Shown: piece by piece, positions 17,495 to 26,730 of the stretch
Numbering within the stretch: position 1 is the stretch's first letter
Layout of the letters: every line of letters begins with the position of its first letter
Assembly: GCA_021157735.1 (NCBI GenBank)
Contig: JAGGVZ010000019.1
Span: 1-39,356, forward strand
Source of the DNA: a bacterium
GTDB taxonomy: Bacteria; Patescibacteriota; Microgenomatia; UBA12405; BS750m-G30
Reading direction: 5' to 3'
Length of the DNA stretch: 39,356 bases
Program-made: the position numbers and the translations under genes
Notes under the pieces: model-generated
Database searches by the model: none
The model's input: only the letters and a program-made list of their open reading frames with translations
Told to the model about the DNA's origin: nothing

Positions 17495-18382
17495 ATGAGT
17501 ATTATGAAAAAGAAACTTTTTTTGCTGGCAGGACTGTTGTTGGTTTTTCTTTCTCCTCCAAAAATTTTTTCCCAAACTCCCTCGGCAACTCCGGAAGCAA
17601 CTGCTGAGGGTGAACTTCTTTCTCCTACCCCTACTGTGGTGAAAGACAATATTACCGAACCAAAAAGCCAAGAGGCAAAAGAAAAATTTGCCGCTGTTTT
17701 AAACCAACAAAAATTAGGTAAATTAGGGCCAACTAACTTTTTAAAATACAGTATCCGATTTGCTGTCTCCCGTGGAGTTCCCGCCAACACCTTAGTTGTT
17801 ATTCTTCTTCTTCCCTTAGTAGGTACCTTGGTAGGAATTCTCCAGTATCTTGTTGGTCTTTCTGGTTTTGGCATTTTCACTCCTGCTATGGTATCCGTTG
17901 CTTTTCTAGCTACAGGAATTTCTGGAGGATTAATTCTTTTTGGTGCCATTCTAATTGCCACTCTCATTGCCGGTGTAATCCTCAAAAAGGTCCGCCTTCA
18001 CTATCAACCCCGCCGAGCTATTACCTTAATGGTAATCTCCCTCATCACCTTTTTCCTCTTGGCTGTTTCTCCCCTACTAGGACTTTCCTCTCTCACCGAA
18101 ATTTCCATTTTCCCCATTCTCTTTCTTATTCTTCTTTCCGAAGAATTTACCAGAACTCAACTGGGAAAAAGCCGTAAAAGCGCTATCAGTTTGACTTTAG
18201 GAACCATTATCATTGCCATCATCGGTGCTTCTTTAATGAGCTGGGAAAAGCTGCAAAAACTCATTCTTCTCAACCCCGAACTCTCTTTTCTAATCATTCT
18301 TATCGTCAACGTCCTCATCGGCAAATATGGGGGGTGGCGTTTACTAGAGTACCGTCGCTTTCGTTCCATAATTAGAAAATAA
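17495..18382 (+). CDS. 7TM membrane protein of the type associated with RimK-like ATP-grasp systems (7TM_transglut-like, no transglutaminase domain)
   Basis: 295 aa: signal peptide, Pro/Thr/Ser linker, then ~7 hydrophobic helices (LVGLSGFGIFTPAMVSVAFLATG...). It sits immediately upstream of two ATP-grasp genes. Confidence 0.65.
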   Translation: MSIMKKKLFLLAGLLLVFLSPPKIFSQTPSATPEATAEGELLSPTPTVVKDNITEPKSQEAKEKFAAVLNQQKLGKLGPTNFLKYSIRFAVSRGVPANTLVVILLLPLVGTLVGILQYLVGLSGFGIFTPAMVSVAFLATGISGGLILFGAILIATLIAGVILKKVRLHYQPRRAITLMVISLITFFLLAVSPLLGLSSLTEISIFPILFLILLSEEFTRTQLGKSRKSAISLTLGTIIIAIIGASLMSWEKLQKLILLNPELSFLIILIVNVLIGKYGGWRLLEYRRFRSIIRK

Positions 18383-18388
18383 CCAACC

Positions 18389-19714
18389 ATGCACATGCGG
18401 GAAGAAATCCTCACCAAAAATGCCCGGAACAAGTACTACCTGAGGACAAATTCCTCACGGGCAAAAGCAATTGCCAATTCTAAAACCTGGACCAAGAAAG
18501 TTCTTTCCAAAAACAATATCCCTGTTCCTAAATTAATTGCTAAATTTACTCACCCCGAACAAGTACTTTCTTTCCCTTGGGAAAAACTAGAAAAAGGTTT
18601 TGTCATTAAACCAACCAACAGTTCGGGGGGAGAAGGAGTTTGGGTAGTAAAGAAAAGAGCCAAATGGGCAGGCGAGTGGTTTTTGATTGAGGGGCGAAAA
18701 GTTACCATTAGTGATATTCGTCTTCACTGCCTGGATATTCTTCAGGGAAGATATAATCTCGCCGGTTTTCCTGACCGGGTCATTGTGGAAGAAAGAATCA
18801 AAATCCACCCCAAATTCCTCCGGCTCACCCGCAAGGGCACCCCTGATATTCGGGTCATTGTCTACAACAAGGTTCCAGTCATGGCTATGCTTCGGGTCCC
18901 TACCGAAGAGTCAAAAGGAAAAGCTAATCTTCACCAAGGAGCTATTGGTTTAGGCTTGGATATGGCTACAGGAATTACTACTGCCGGCATCCACAACGGC
19001 CAGCCAATTCAGAAAATCTTTGACCTTCGCAGAAAAAAATGGATAAAGGTTAACGGCATCCGCATCCCCAACTGGAAACAAATTCTTACCGTAGCTGTTA
19101 ACTGCGCCTGGGCAATTAAAGGATTGGAGTTTTTTGGCGCCGACATTGTCCTTGATGAGGAAAAAGGTCCTTTGGTTTTGGAATTAAATGCCCGGCCAGG
19201 TCTCTCCATTCAAATCTGCAATCAGGCAGGGCTTTTGGGACGATTAAAAAGAGTAGAGGGTATTAAAGTACGTAATCCCGAACACGCCATTAAAATTGCC
19301 CAAACCCTTTTTGGAGAAAGCTTTGTTGACAAAGTTCAGCCCGAGGAAACTCTCCAGATAGTAGAGGTTTTGGAAACAATCAAAGTTAAAGGCAAAGATG
19401 GAAAAAGACAAGAGGTTCTGGCAAAAATTGACACCGGTGCCTACCGCTCTTCAATTGATTTGGCTCTTGCCAAAAGTTTGGGTCTTCTGGAACCGACCAA
19501 CATCCTCTTCTACCGCCACTACCGTTCTTCTTTGGGCAGACGCCACCAGAGGCCAGTCATCCAGTTGGTCTTTTGGCTCAAGGGAAAGCGGATTAAAACT
19601 GCTGCTAATGTCACCAACCGCAGTCATCTCAACACTCCTGTTTTAATCGGCCGCCAAGATTTAGGGGGCTTTTTGGTAAAACCAGAACCAGTCAATACTA
19701 AAATCTTTTCTTAA
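18389..19714 (+). CDS. Fusion: alpha-L-glutamate-ligase-like ATP-grasp enzyme + C-terminal retropepsin-like aspartic protease domain (RimB / Zn_protease PF05618-like)
   Basis: 441 aa. ATP-grasp core motifs are present (VIKPTNSSGGEGV, DIRVIVYN, GADIVLDEEKGPLVLELNARPGLS). The C-terminal ~120 aa carry KIDTGAYRSSID (D-T-G-A aspartic protease signature). Confidence 0.75.
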   Translation: MHMREEILTKNARNKYYLRTNSSRAKAIANSKTWTKKVLSKNNIPVPKLIAKFTHPEQVLSFPWEKLEKGFVIKPTNSSGGEGVWVVKKRAKWAGEWFLIEGRKVTISDIRLHCLDILQGRYNLAGFPDRVIVEERIKIHPKFLRLTRKGTPDIRVIVYNKVPVMAMLRVPTEESKGKANLHQGAIGLGLDMATGITTAGIHNGQPIQKIFDLRRKKWIKVNGIRIPNWKQILTVAVNCAWAIKGLEFFGADIVLDEEKGPLVLELNARPGLSIQICNQAGLLGRLKRVEGIKVRNPEHAIKIAQTLFGESFVDKVQPEETLQIVEVLETIKVKGKDGKRQEVLAKIDTGAYRSSIDLALAKSLGLLEPTNILFYRHYRSSLGRRHQRPVIQLVFWLKGKRIKTAANVTNRSHLNTPVLIGRQDLGGFLVKPEPVNTKIFS

Positions 19715-19760
19715 AAAAGGTAAAATGATAGAATAAACAGTTATTAGTTATCAGCAAAAA

Positions 19761-20636
19761 ATGAAAAAAGTTGCCCTTTTTTATACCGCTTGGACTGATT
19801 CTACTGAAAAGTTTCTGAAGGAAGCCCAAAAGGAAAATGTTTCCCTTACTCCTATCCATTACTCCCAACTGGTCTGTCAGGGGGAACCAGGGAAATGGGA
19901 AATTTCTTTCCAAAACAAACCTCTGGAAGAATTTGGCCTTTTCTTTTTCCGCAATGTTGGCGATAAAAATGAACTGCTTCCCTTGCTTTTGGAGTACGCC
20001 CAAAAGAAAAAAATTCCCATTATTGATGAGTATCTCCTCGGTTTAGGGGGAGCAATGAGAAAGAAGAAATCAACCGAAGCAGGAGTTCTCCTCGCTCATA
20101 ATGTTCCCTATCCAAAAACAATTTTTACTTCCGGCCAAGAGGAATTAAAAAGAATTGTCCGCTCCCTTCCCAAACCAGTAATAATCAAATCCACAGGAGG
20201 AAGACACGGAAAAGCCACCTTCCTTATCAAAAAAAATTCCCAGCTGGAAAGGGTTCTTTTGGGAAGAGGAGGAGTAAGCTTTCTTATCCAACAATACATT
20301 CCCAACGATGGTGACTACCGCATCTTTCTGATAGGTTATCGGGCGGTGGCCGGATTTAAAAGACAACCTAAAGAGGAAAAATTAATTCTTGACCGCTCCC
20401 AAGGAAAGTCAGAACCTTTGGAAAAAATTCCCGCCCCAATTAAAAGAACAGCGGAAAAAGCCGCCAAAGTGTTGGGGGTGGAGATCGCCGGAATAGATAT
20501 GGTTGTCAACCAACAAACAAAGAAACCGGTAATTATCGAAGTCAACCAGGCTCCAGAATTTTATGTCATGGAAAGAAGAACCGGAGTTAATATTGCCAGA
20601 AAGATTATTCAATATTTAAAAAAGAAATGCCGCTGA
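19761..20636 (+). CDS. RimK-family ATP-grasp ligase (alpha-L-glutamate ligase type)
   Basis: 291 aa. Motifs present: VIIKSTGGRHGKATF, DYRIFLIGYRAV, AGIDMVVNQQTKKPVIIEVNQAPEF. Confidence 0.8.
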   Translation: MKKVALFYTAWTDSTEKFLKEAQKENVSLTPIHYSQLVCQGEPGKWEISFQNKPLEEFGLFFFRNVGDKNELLPLLLEYAQKKKIPIIDEYLLGLGGAMRKKKSTEAGVLLAHNVPYPKTIFTSGQEELKRIVRSLPKPVIIKSTGGRHGKATFLIKKNSQLERVLLGRGGVSFLIQQYIPNDGDYRIFLIGYRAVAGFKRQPKEEKLILDRSQGKSEPLEKIPAPIKRTAEKAAKVLGVEIAGIDMVVNQQTKKPVIIEVNQAPEFYVMERRTGVNIARKIIQYLKKKCR

Positions 20637-20986
20637 AAAGAATTTTTTCCATTGTTGTTTTTGCTAAAAACAAAGACCCCAGCCCCTTCGCTGGCTGTGA
20701 TAACGGCGTCAACACCGCTTTAGGTTGTATTCCTTACGGCAGCAGCGAAGCTTTTGCCCAATGGTTTTTCAACCATCTTTTGGGAATTGCCGGGGGAATT
20801 GCTCTCCTTTTGATTATTTATGGCAGTTTTAAAATTATTACCTCAGGCGGTAATCCAGAAAAGGTAAAAGAAGGAAAATCTTTCATTACCAGCGCCCTTT
20901 CCGGACTTTTATTTATGATTCTCTCCCTTTTTCTGTTAAAATTTATTGGGGTTGATGTTTTACACCTACCTGGATTAGAAAGATGA
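20627..20986 (+). CDS. VirB2/TrbC-like mini-pilin (T4SS_pilin-type two-helix membrane protein), paralog 1
   Basis: 119 aa. TALGCIP motif, then helix-loop-helix: GGIALLLIIYGSFKIITSGGNPEKVKEGKSFITSALSGLLFMIL. Its start overlaps the RimK stop by 10 nt. Confidence 0.75.
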   Translation: MPLKRIFSIVVFAKNKDPSPFAGCDNGVNTALGCIPYGSSEAFAQWFFNHLLGIAGGIALLLIIYGSFKIITSGGNPEKVKEGKSFITSALSGLLFMILSLFLLKFIGVDVLHLPGLER

Positions 20987-21276
20987 ACAGCGTCTTTAAA
21001 ATTCCCTCTTCACCGGTAGAAAGTAAAATTCACACCGTCGGAGATTTAGTTTCTATTGTTTTCCAATACGCTATTCCCCTAGCAGGCCTTTTGATGCTGG
21101 CAATGATTATCTATGGAGGTTACCATTTAATGATTTCGGCAGGAAATCCGGAAGGAATCAGAGAGGGAAAAAGCAAAATTTTAATGGGAATAGTGGGTTT
21201 TCTTCTTGTCTTTCTCTCCTGGTTTGTAATTAGGGTGATAGAAACTATCTTTGGGATAAATATCCTCGGAAGGTAA
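20983..21276 (+). CDS. VirB2/TrbC-like mini-pilin, paralog 2
   Basis: 97 aa. Same helix-loop-helix (LMLAMIIYGGYHLMISAGNPEGIREGKSKILMGIVGFLLVFL). ATGA overlap with paralog 1. Confidence 0.75.
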   Translation: MNSVFKIPSSPVESKIHTVGDLVSIVFQYAIPLAGLLMLAMIIYGGYHLMISAGNPEGIREGKSKILMGIVGFLLVFLSWFVIRVIETIFGINILGR

Positions 21277-21304
21277 TCTTCTTCTCTGGTTGACCGCAAA
21301 CTGC

Positions 21305-21318
21305 CTGCAACAGGAAGC
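21305..21318 (-). other. 3' strand of the 16S processing stem (pairs with 22975..22988)
   Basis: ctgcaacaggaagc at 21305-21318 is the exact reverse complement of gcttcctgttgcag at 22975-22988. The two bracket the 16S. Confidence 0.7.
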
Positions 21319-21409
21319 AAAAATCCTTTAGAAAGGAGGTGATCCATCCGCTCCTTCCAGAACGGATACCTTGTTACGACTTAGCCCTCATCGCTGGCCC
21401 CACCTTATT

Positions 21410-22883
<1,474 letters not shown>

Positions 22884-22974
22884 CGCTCGACTTGCATGCC
22901 TTAGGCACGCCGCCAGTGTTCATCCTGAGCCACGATCAAACTCTCAGTTAAAAAACAAACACTCAAACGAAATG

Positions 22975-22988
22975 GCTTCCTGTTGCAG
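22975..22988 (-). other. 5' strand of the 16S processing stem (pairs with 21305..21318)
   Basis: Perfect 14-nt complementarity with the 3' flank. Confidence 0.7.
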
Positions 22989-23055
22989 ACAATCTGCGTT
23001 CAACTAACTCTCCCTCTTTTCAAGGTGCATGGGCAACGTTTAAAGAAGCGTTATT

Positions 23056-23084
23056 ATAATACCCTGGTTTCTTCCTTCCGTCAA
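23056..23084 (-). promoter_or_regulatory. Candidate sigma70-type promoter for 16S rRNA
   Basis: The minus strand reads TTGACG - 17 nt - TATTAT (with an overlapping TATAAT 3 nt further). It lies ~105 nt upstream of the mature 16S 5' end and upstream of the processing-stem strand. Confidence 0.45.
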
Positions 23085-23092
23085 GGGGAAAA

Positions 23093-23101
23093 TGATATAA
23101 T
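23093..23101 (+). promoter_or_regulatory. Candidate extended -10 (TGaTATAAT) for tRNA-Ile, divergent from the 16S promoter
   Basis: tgatataat lies 47 nt upstream of the tRNA. No good -35 is present. Confidence 0.35.
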
Positions 23102-23147
23102 TCATCCGAAAGCATTGGTTTTCAAACCAACATAAAAAAGAAAAAGA

Positions 23148-23220
23148 GGATGCGTAGCTCAGGGGTTAGAGCGCCACTCTTATAAAGTGGAGGTCGCAGG
23201 TTCGAATCCTGCCGCATCCA
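23148..23220 (+). tRNA. tRNA-Ile with unmodified-type UAU anticodon (AUA decoder)
   Basis: Cloverleaf: GGAUGCG-UA-GCUC-AGGGGUUA-GAGC-G-CCACU-CUUAUAA-AGUGG-AGGUC-GCAGG-UUCGAAU-CCUGC-CGCAUCC-A. The anticodon loop CUUAUAA puts UAU at positions 34-36. Confidence 0.85.
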
Positions 23221-23243
23221 CAACCACCTTTTCAAAACAAAAC

Positions 23244-24146
23244 CTATCTTTTTATCTCCTTCTCCAGCCTTTGCCAATAGTACTTTTCCCACAATTGATA
23301 AAAATCGCGGGCTGACTCGCCAAAAGAATCCCTCATTCCAATTCGCACCAGCTCTCCTTTAAGTCCCTTTTCCGCCATTATCTCGGCAATTAAACTTCCC
23401 AAACCTCCAACTTCCTGATGGTCTTCAATTACCACTGCTCTTTTTGTTTTAGCAAGAGAACGCACAATTATTTCCGGCTGGCAAGGTTTTAGGACCGGAC
23501 AATTAATTACCTCCACTCCTCCCAAATAACTACTAAATTTTTCCATTGTTTCGGCCAAAAGTGGCCCGGTTCCAATCAGGGTCAGCCGGTTGCCTCTTTT
23601 TAAAATCTCTGGTTTGCCAAAAACAAAAGGACGGCTGCCTACTACCGTTGTTTTCGGTCTCACCAGACGCAAATAAGCTGGGCCTTTATCCTCACCTAGA
23701 AAGGAAACCATTTTTTTAACCTGGTAATAATCAATGGGAACGAAAACTTTCATCTTGGGTAAAGCTCGCATTAAGGCAATATCTTCCAGAGCCTGGTGAG
23801 TCGCTCCATCAGCGCCTGTAGCTAAACCTCCATGTCCTCCAACAATCTTGACATTGGCATTGTTCATACAAATACTTTGGCGAATCTGCCCCCAGTTCAG
23901 CGAAGGAGAAAAACAAGCAAAAGACACCAAAAAAACTATCTTACCCGACAAAGCCAACCCCGCCGCTATTGAGGCAGCATTTTGCTCAGCTACCCCCACC
24001 TCAATAAATCTTTTGGGAAAACGCCGGGCAAACTCCTGGACTCTCATCGAGCTGGCCAAGTCAGCGCTAACTACCACCACCTCGGGATGTTTTTTTCCCA
24101 AGGCAAGCAAAGCTTCTCCAAAACCATCACGAATAGATTTTTTCAT
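23244..24146 (-). CDS. Transketolase, C-terminal half (pyrimidine-binding + C-terminal domains of a split transketolase)
   Basis: 300 aa. Motifs RDGFGEAL, EVGVAEQN, GGLATGADGATHQALEDIA. Confidence 0.85.
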   Translation of the reverse strand: MKKSIRDGFGEALLALGKKHPEVVVVSADLASSMRVQEFARRFPKRFIEVGVAEQNAASIAAGLALSGKIVFLVSFACFSPSLNWGQIRQSICMNNANVKIVGGHGGLATGADGATHQALEDIALMRALPKMKVFVPIDYYQVKKMVSFLGEDKGPAYLRLVRPKTTVVGSRPFVFGKPEILKRGNRLTLIGTGPLLAETMEKFSSYLGGVEVINCPVLKPCQPEIIVRSLAKTKRAVVIEDHQEVGGLGSLIAEIMAEKGLKGELVRIGMRDSFGESARDFYQLWEKYYWQRLEKEIKR

Positions 24147-24152
24147 TATCTT

Positions 24153-25064
24153 TCATTTAAAAAGTAACTGTTGTTTCGGTGCTGTTGTCAAACCAAACTG
24201 ATTATCTATCCTCTTCACCAAAGCCCTAAATCCTTCTTCTTTTAAAGCCTCTTTTAATTTTAACAGTTTTTTCCTATTCCAAAAAAGAGATGACGATTTC
24301 ACTTTTAAGGGAACCTGAGAAACAATGGTGGCTAGTTGATAGGATAACTCCCCAGCCTCCCTGCCCTCTTCAAGTTTTTTCTTTAAAGAAGCTGGTAACT
24401 GGGAAAGGTGTTGATAGATTGCCGAAAAACTGCCGTATTTTTCCAAAAGTTGGCGGGCGGTTTTGGGACCAACGCCGGGAACACCAGGGTAATTATCAGA
24501 GCTATCTCCTGCCAAAGCTTTGTAGTCAATTACCTGCTTGGGCTTAACTCCTAACCTCTCTTCTACTACCTTTTCGTCGGCAACAATAAATTCATTCATC
24601 TGCCGCTGCAGCAACAAAAGCTTTACCCTTTTGGTGACCAATTGCATCAAGTCTTTATCCCCGGTCAAAATCAAAACCTCCCTTCCTTTTTTACTCTCTT
24701 TTCTCGCCAGGGTAGCAGCTAAATCATCTGCTTCAAAGCCCGGTTTGATAAAAACCGCTATTTTCGCCTTTTGCAAAACTTCCCTAGTTCTTTTAATCTG
24801 CTCCGCCAACCTTTCATCCATCTCCGGCCGTTTAATTTGGTAACCAACAAACGCTTGGTGCCGAAAAGTCGGTCCGGGAGAGTCAAAACAAACTGCCAGA
24901 AGGGAAGGAGAAATCTTCCTCAAGGCACTTAAAAGAATACTGAAAAACCCAAATTCTGCCCCTACCGGCCTCCCTTGACGATTGGTTAAAGGCGGGAGGG
25001 CGTGAAAAGCACGATGCAAAAGAGCATGGGCATCAACAATGAGGAATTTTCTCCGAACCATCAA
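24153..25064 (-). CDS. 5'-3' exonuclease / flap endonuclease (stand-alone Pol I N-terminal domain homolog)
   Basis: 303 aa. Motifs LIVDAHALLHRAFHAL, FDSPGPTFRH, EADDLAATLA, LTGDKDLMQLV, SDNYPGVPGVGPKTA (H3TH). Confidence 0.88.
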   Translation of the reverse strand: MMVRRKFLIVDAHALLHRAFHALPPLTNRQGRPVGAEFGFFSILLSALRKISPSLLAVCFDSPGPTFRHQAFVGYQIKRPEMDERLAEQIKRTREVLQKAKIAVFIKPGFEADDLAATLARKESKKGREVLILTGDKDLMQLVTKRVKLLLLQRQMNEFIVADEKVVEERLGVKPKQVIDYKALAGDSSDNYPGVPGVGPKTARQLLEKYGSFSAIYQHLSQLPASLKKKLEEGREAGELSYQLATIVSQVPLKVKSSSLFWNRKKLLKLKEALKEEGFRALVKRIDNQFGLTTAPKQQLLFK

Positions 25065-25101
25065 TTGAATTTTATCATCATTATGGTATAAATTAAATAC
25101 A

Positions 25102-25992
25102 ATGCAACAGCATCCAATTCCGCAACAAATTTCCTCCTATGAATTTCGCCTTGTGGGCGATATGACCCTCAAGCAATTTCTGAAATTAGCTGGCGGTGCT
25201 CTTCTTGCTTATCTAGTCTTCTCCTCTCATCTTTTCATTCTTCTCCGTCTTCCCCTGGCTCTTCTCTTTCTTTTTTTAGGAATTGGAATGGCTTTTTTTC
25301 CTATCAACGAAAAACCTTTGGAATACTGGCTCCTTGCTTTCTTAAAAGCAGTCTATTCTCCCACTATTTATATCTGGAAAAGACCTTCTTCCCTCAAACA
25401 AGTTTCTTCTCCGGCATCTTCTCCTCAACCGGTAGTTCCTCCTCAAAAAACTCCCCCTGTTTCCCGACCTCCAGTTTCTCCTCAGAAAAAAACCTTGCCC
25501 AAAACTCCTCCTTTGTCCAAACCACCCCAACCAAAACCGAAGAAGACAATCTCCATTGCTTCTGTTTCTCCTTCTCCCAAACCAACCTCTCCCTCCCCTG
25601 CTCCTTCACCAACCCCTATTTCTCGAAAAACTTTTCCTTCTCCCCATCTGACAGAAACTACTCCTCCACAACAAACCACCTCGCCAGAATTCTTCCAAAA
25701 TCCCCTCCCTGCTACCCCCACTGTTCCTAACTTGGTTAACGGGGTTGTTCTTGATGAAGAAGGAAAAACTATTGAAGGAGCAATTGTGGAAATTCAAGAT
25801 GCCCAGGGAAATCCTCTCCGGGCAATGAGAACAAACGCCCTCGGCCAATTCCAAACCGCCACCCCTCTTCCCAATGGAATATATTTTGTTCTCGTTGAAA
25901 AGGAACCTTTCCACTTTGATATAATCAAAATAGAAGCGAAAGGAGATATTATCCCTCCATTAAAAATTCAAGCCAAAAAAGTTATCAACTAA
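25102..25992 (+). CDS. PrgI-like (VirB3-analog) membrane protein fused to a Pro-rich linker and a C-terminal carboxypeptidase-regulatory-like beta-sandwich domain
   Basis: The N-terminal ~95 aa match the PrgI pattern (IPQQISSYEFRLVGDMTLKQF, two TM helices, PLEYWLLAFLKAVYSP). Residues ~100-200 are P/S/T/K rich. The C-terminus GVVLDEEGKTIEGAIVEIQD...NGIYFVLVEKEPF is CarboxypepD_reg-like. Confidence 0.7.
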   Translation: MQQHPIPQQISSYEFRLVGDMTLKQFLKLAGGALLAYLVFSSHLFILLRLPLALLFLFLGIGMAFFPINEKPLEYWLLAFLKAVYSPTIYIWKRPSSLKQVSSPASSPQPVVPPQKTPPVSRPPVSPQKKTLPKTPPLSKPPQPKPKKTISIASVSPSPKPTSPSPAPSPTPISRKTFPSPHLTETTPPQQTTSPEFFQNPLPATPTVPNLVNGVVLDEEGKTIEGAIVEIQDAQGNPLRAMRTNALGQFQTATPLPNGIYFVLVEKEPFHFDIIKIEAKGDIIPPLKIQAKKVIN

Positions 25993-25998
25993 CTGCCC

Positions 25999-26730
25999 AT
26001 GGACATCAAAACCAAAGCGATAAAAGGAACCACCCAGGAGCATCTTTCTATTGAAGATATTACCCATGATATGGTTATCCTCAAAAACGGCCACTGCGCC
26101 TATATTTTGGAGACCTCCTCGGTCAATTTCGACCTTCTTTCCGAAAGAGAACAAGAGGCAATGATTTATGCCTATGCTTCCCTCCTTAACTCTTTAACCT
26201 TCCCCATTCAAATTTTTATCCACTCTGCCTTAAAAGACGTCAGTAATTATCTCAAATACCTCCATCAGTGGGAAATGAAAACTAACCAACCCCTCATTAA
26301 AAAACAAATTGCCCACTACCGTCAATTTATTACTCAGGTGGTAGAAAAAAACCAAGTTTTAACCAAGTCTTTCTATCTTGTCGTTCCTTTTTCTCCCCTG
26401 GAAATGGGTGTTGCTGCCGCCAAAACTGTCTTTTCTTTCCGCTCTCTTTTCCGCAAGAACCTTTCCTCACAACTGCCTCTACCTAAACCCCAATTAATTG
26501 CTCGGGCTAAAGCTAACCTTGATCCCAAAAGAGACCATCTTATCCACGCCCTGGCAAGATTGGGTCTACGTGCCCACCAATTAAAAACTCCTCAGTTGAT
26601 TTCTCTTTTCTACAGTATCTACAATCAGGAAAAATTAGAAGTTAAAAATTCGCCGCTGAAAGAGAACGAAACACCGGTTGTGTTGGCAAAAGTAAACCAA
26701 AACAAAGCTCAGCAAAAAGAAAATGGATAA
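25999..26730 (+). CDS. Hypothetical protein resembling the N-terminal (non-ATPase) domain of Gram-positive VirB4/TcpF-type proteins
   Basis: 243 aa. The segment HLSIEDITHDMVILKNGHCAYILETSSVNFDLLSEREQEAMIYAYASLLNSLTFPIQIFI parallels the start of the next gene (VQDIIAPSAIEVDFTYLRINNRYYRTFYVVNYPRYV...). No Walker motifs. It overlaps the VirB4 start by 8 nt. Confidence 0.55.
   Translation: MDIKTKAIKGTTQEHLSIEDITHDMVILKNGHCAYILETSSVNFDLLSEREQEAMIYAYASLLNSLTFPIQIFIHSALKDVSNYLKYLHQWEMKTNQPLIKKQIAHYRQFITQVVEKNQVLTKSFYLVVPFSPLEMGVAAAKTVFSFRSLFRKNLSSQLPLPKPQLIARAKANLDPKRDHLIHALARLGLRAHQLKTPQLISLFYSIYNQEKLEVKNSPLKENETPVVLAKVNQNKAQQKENG

Noticed and set aside
17488-17985. 165-aa minus-strand ORF overlapping the 7TM gene
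   Set aside because: It is antisense to a gene with a coherent signal peptide and seven helices. Its translation is Arg/Pro/Lys-rich without features.
25342-25914. Minus-strand ORFs (62-102 aa) across the PrgI-like gene linker
   Set aside because: They are antisense frames of a CCN/TCN-rich Pro/Ser linker region and are low complexity.
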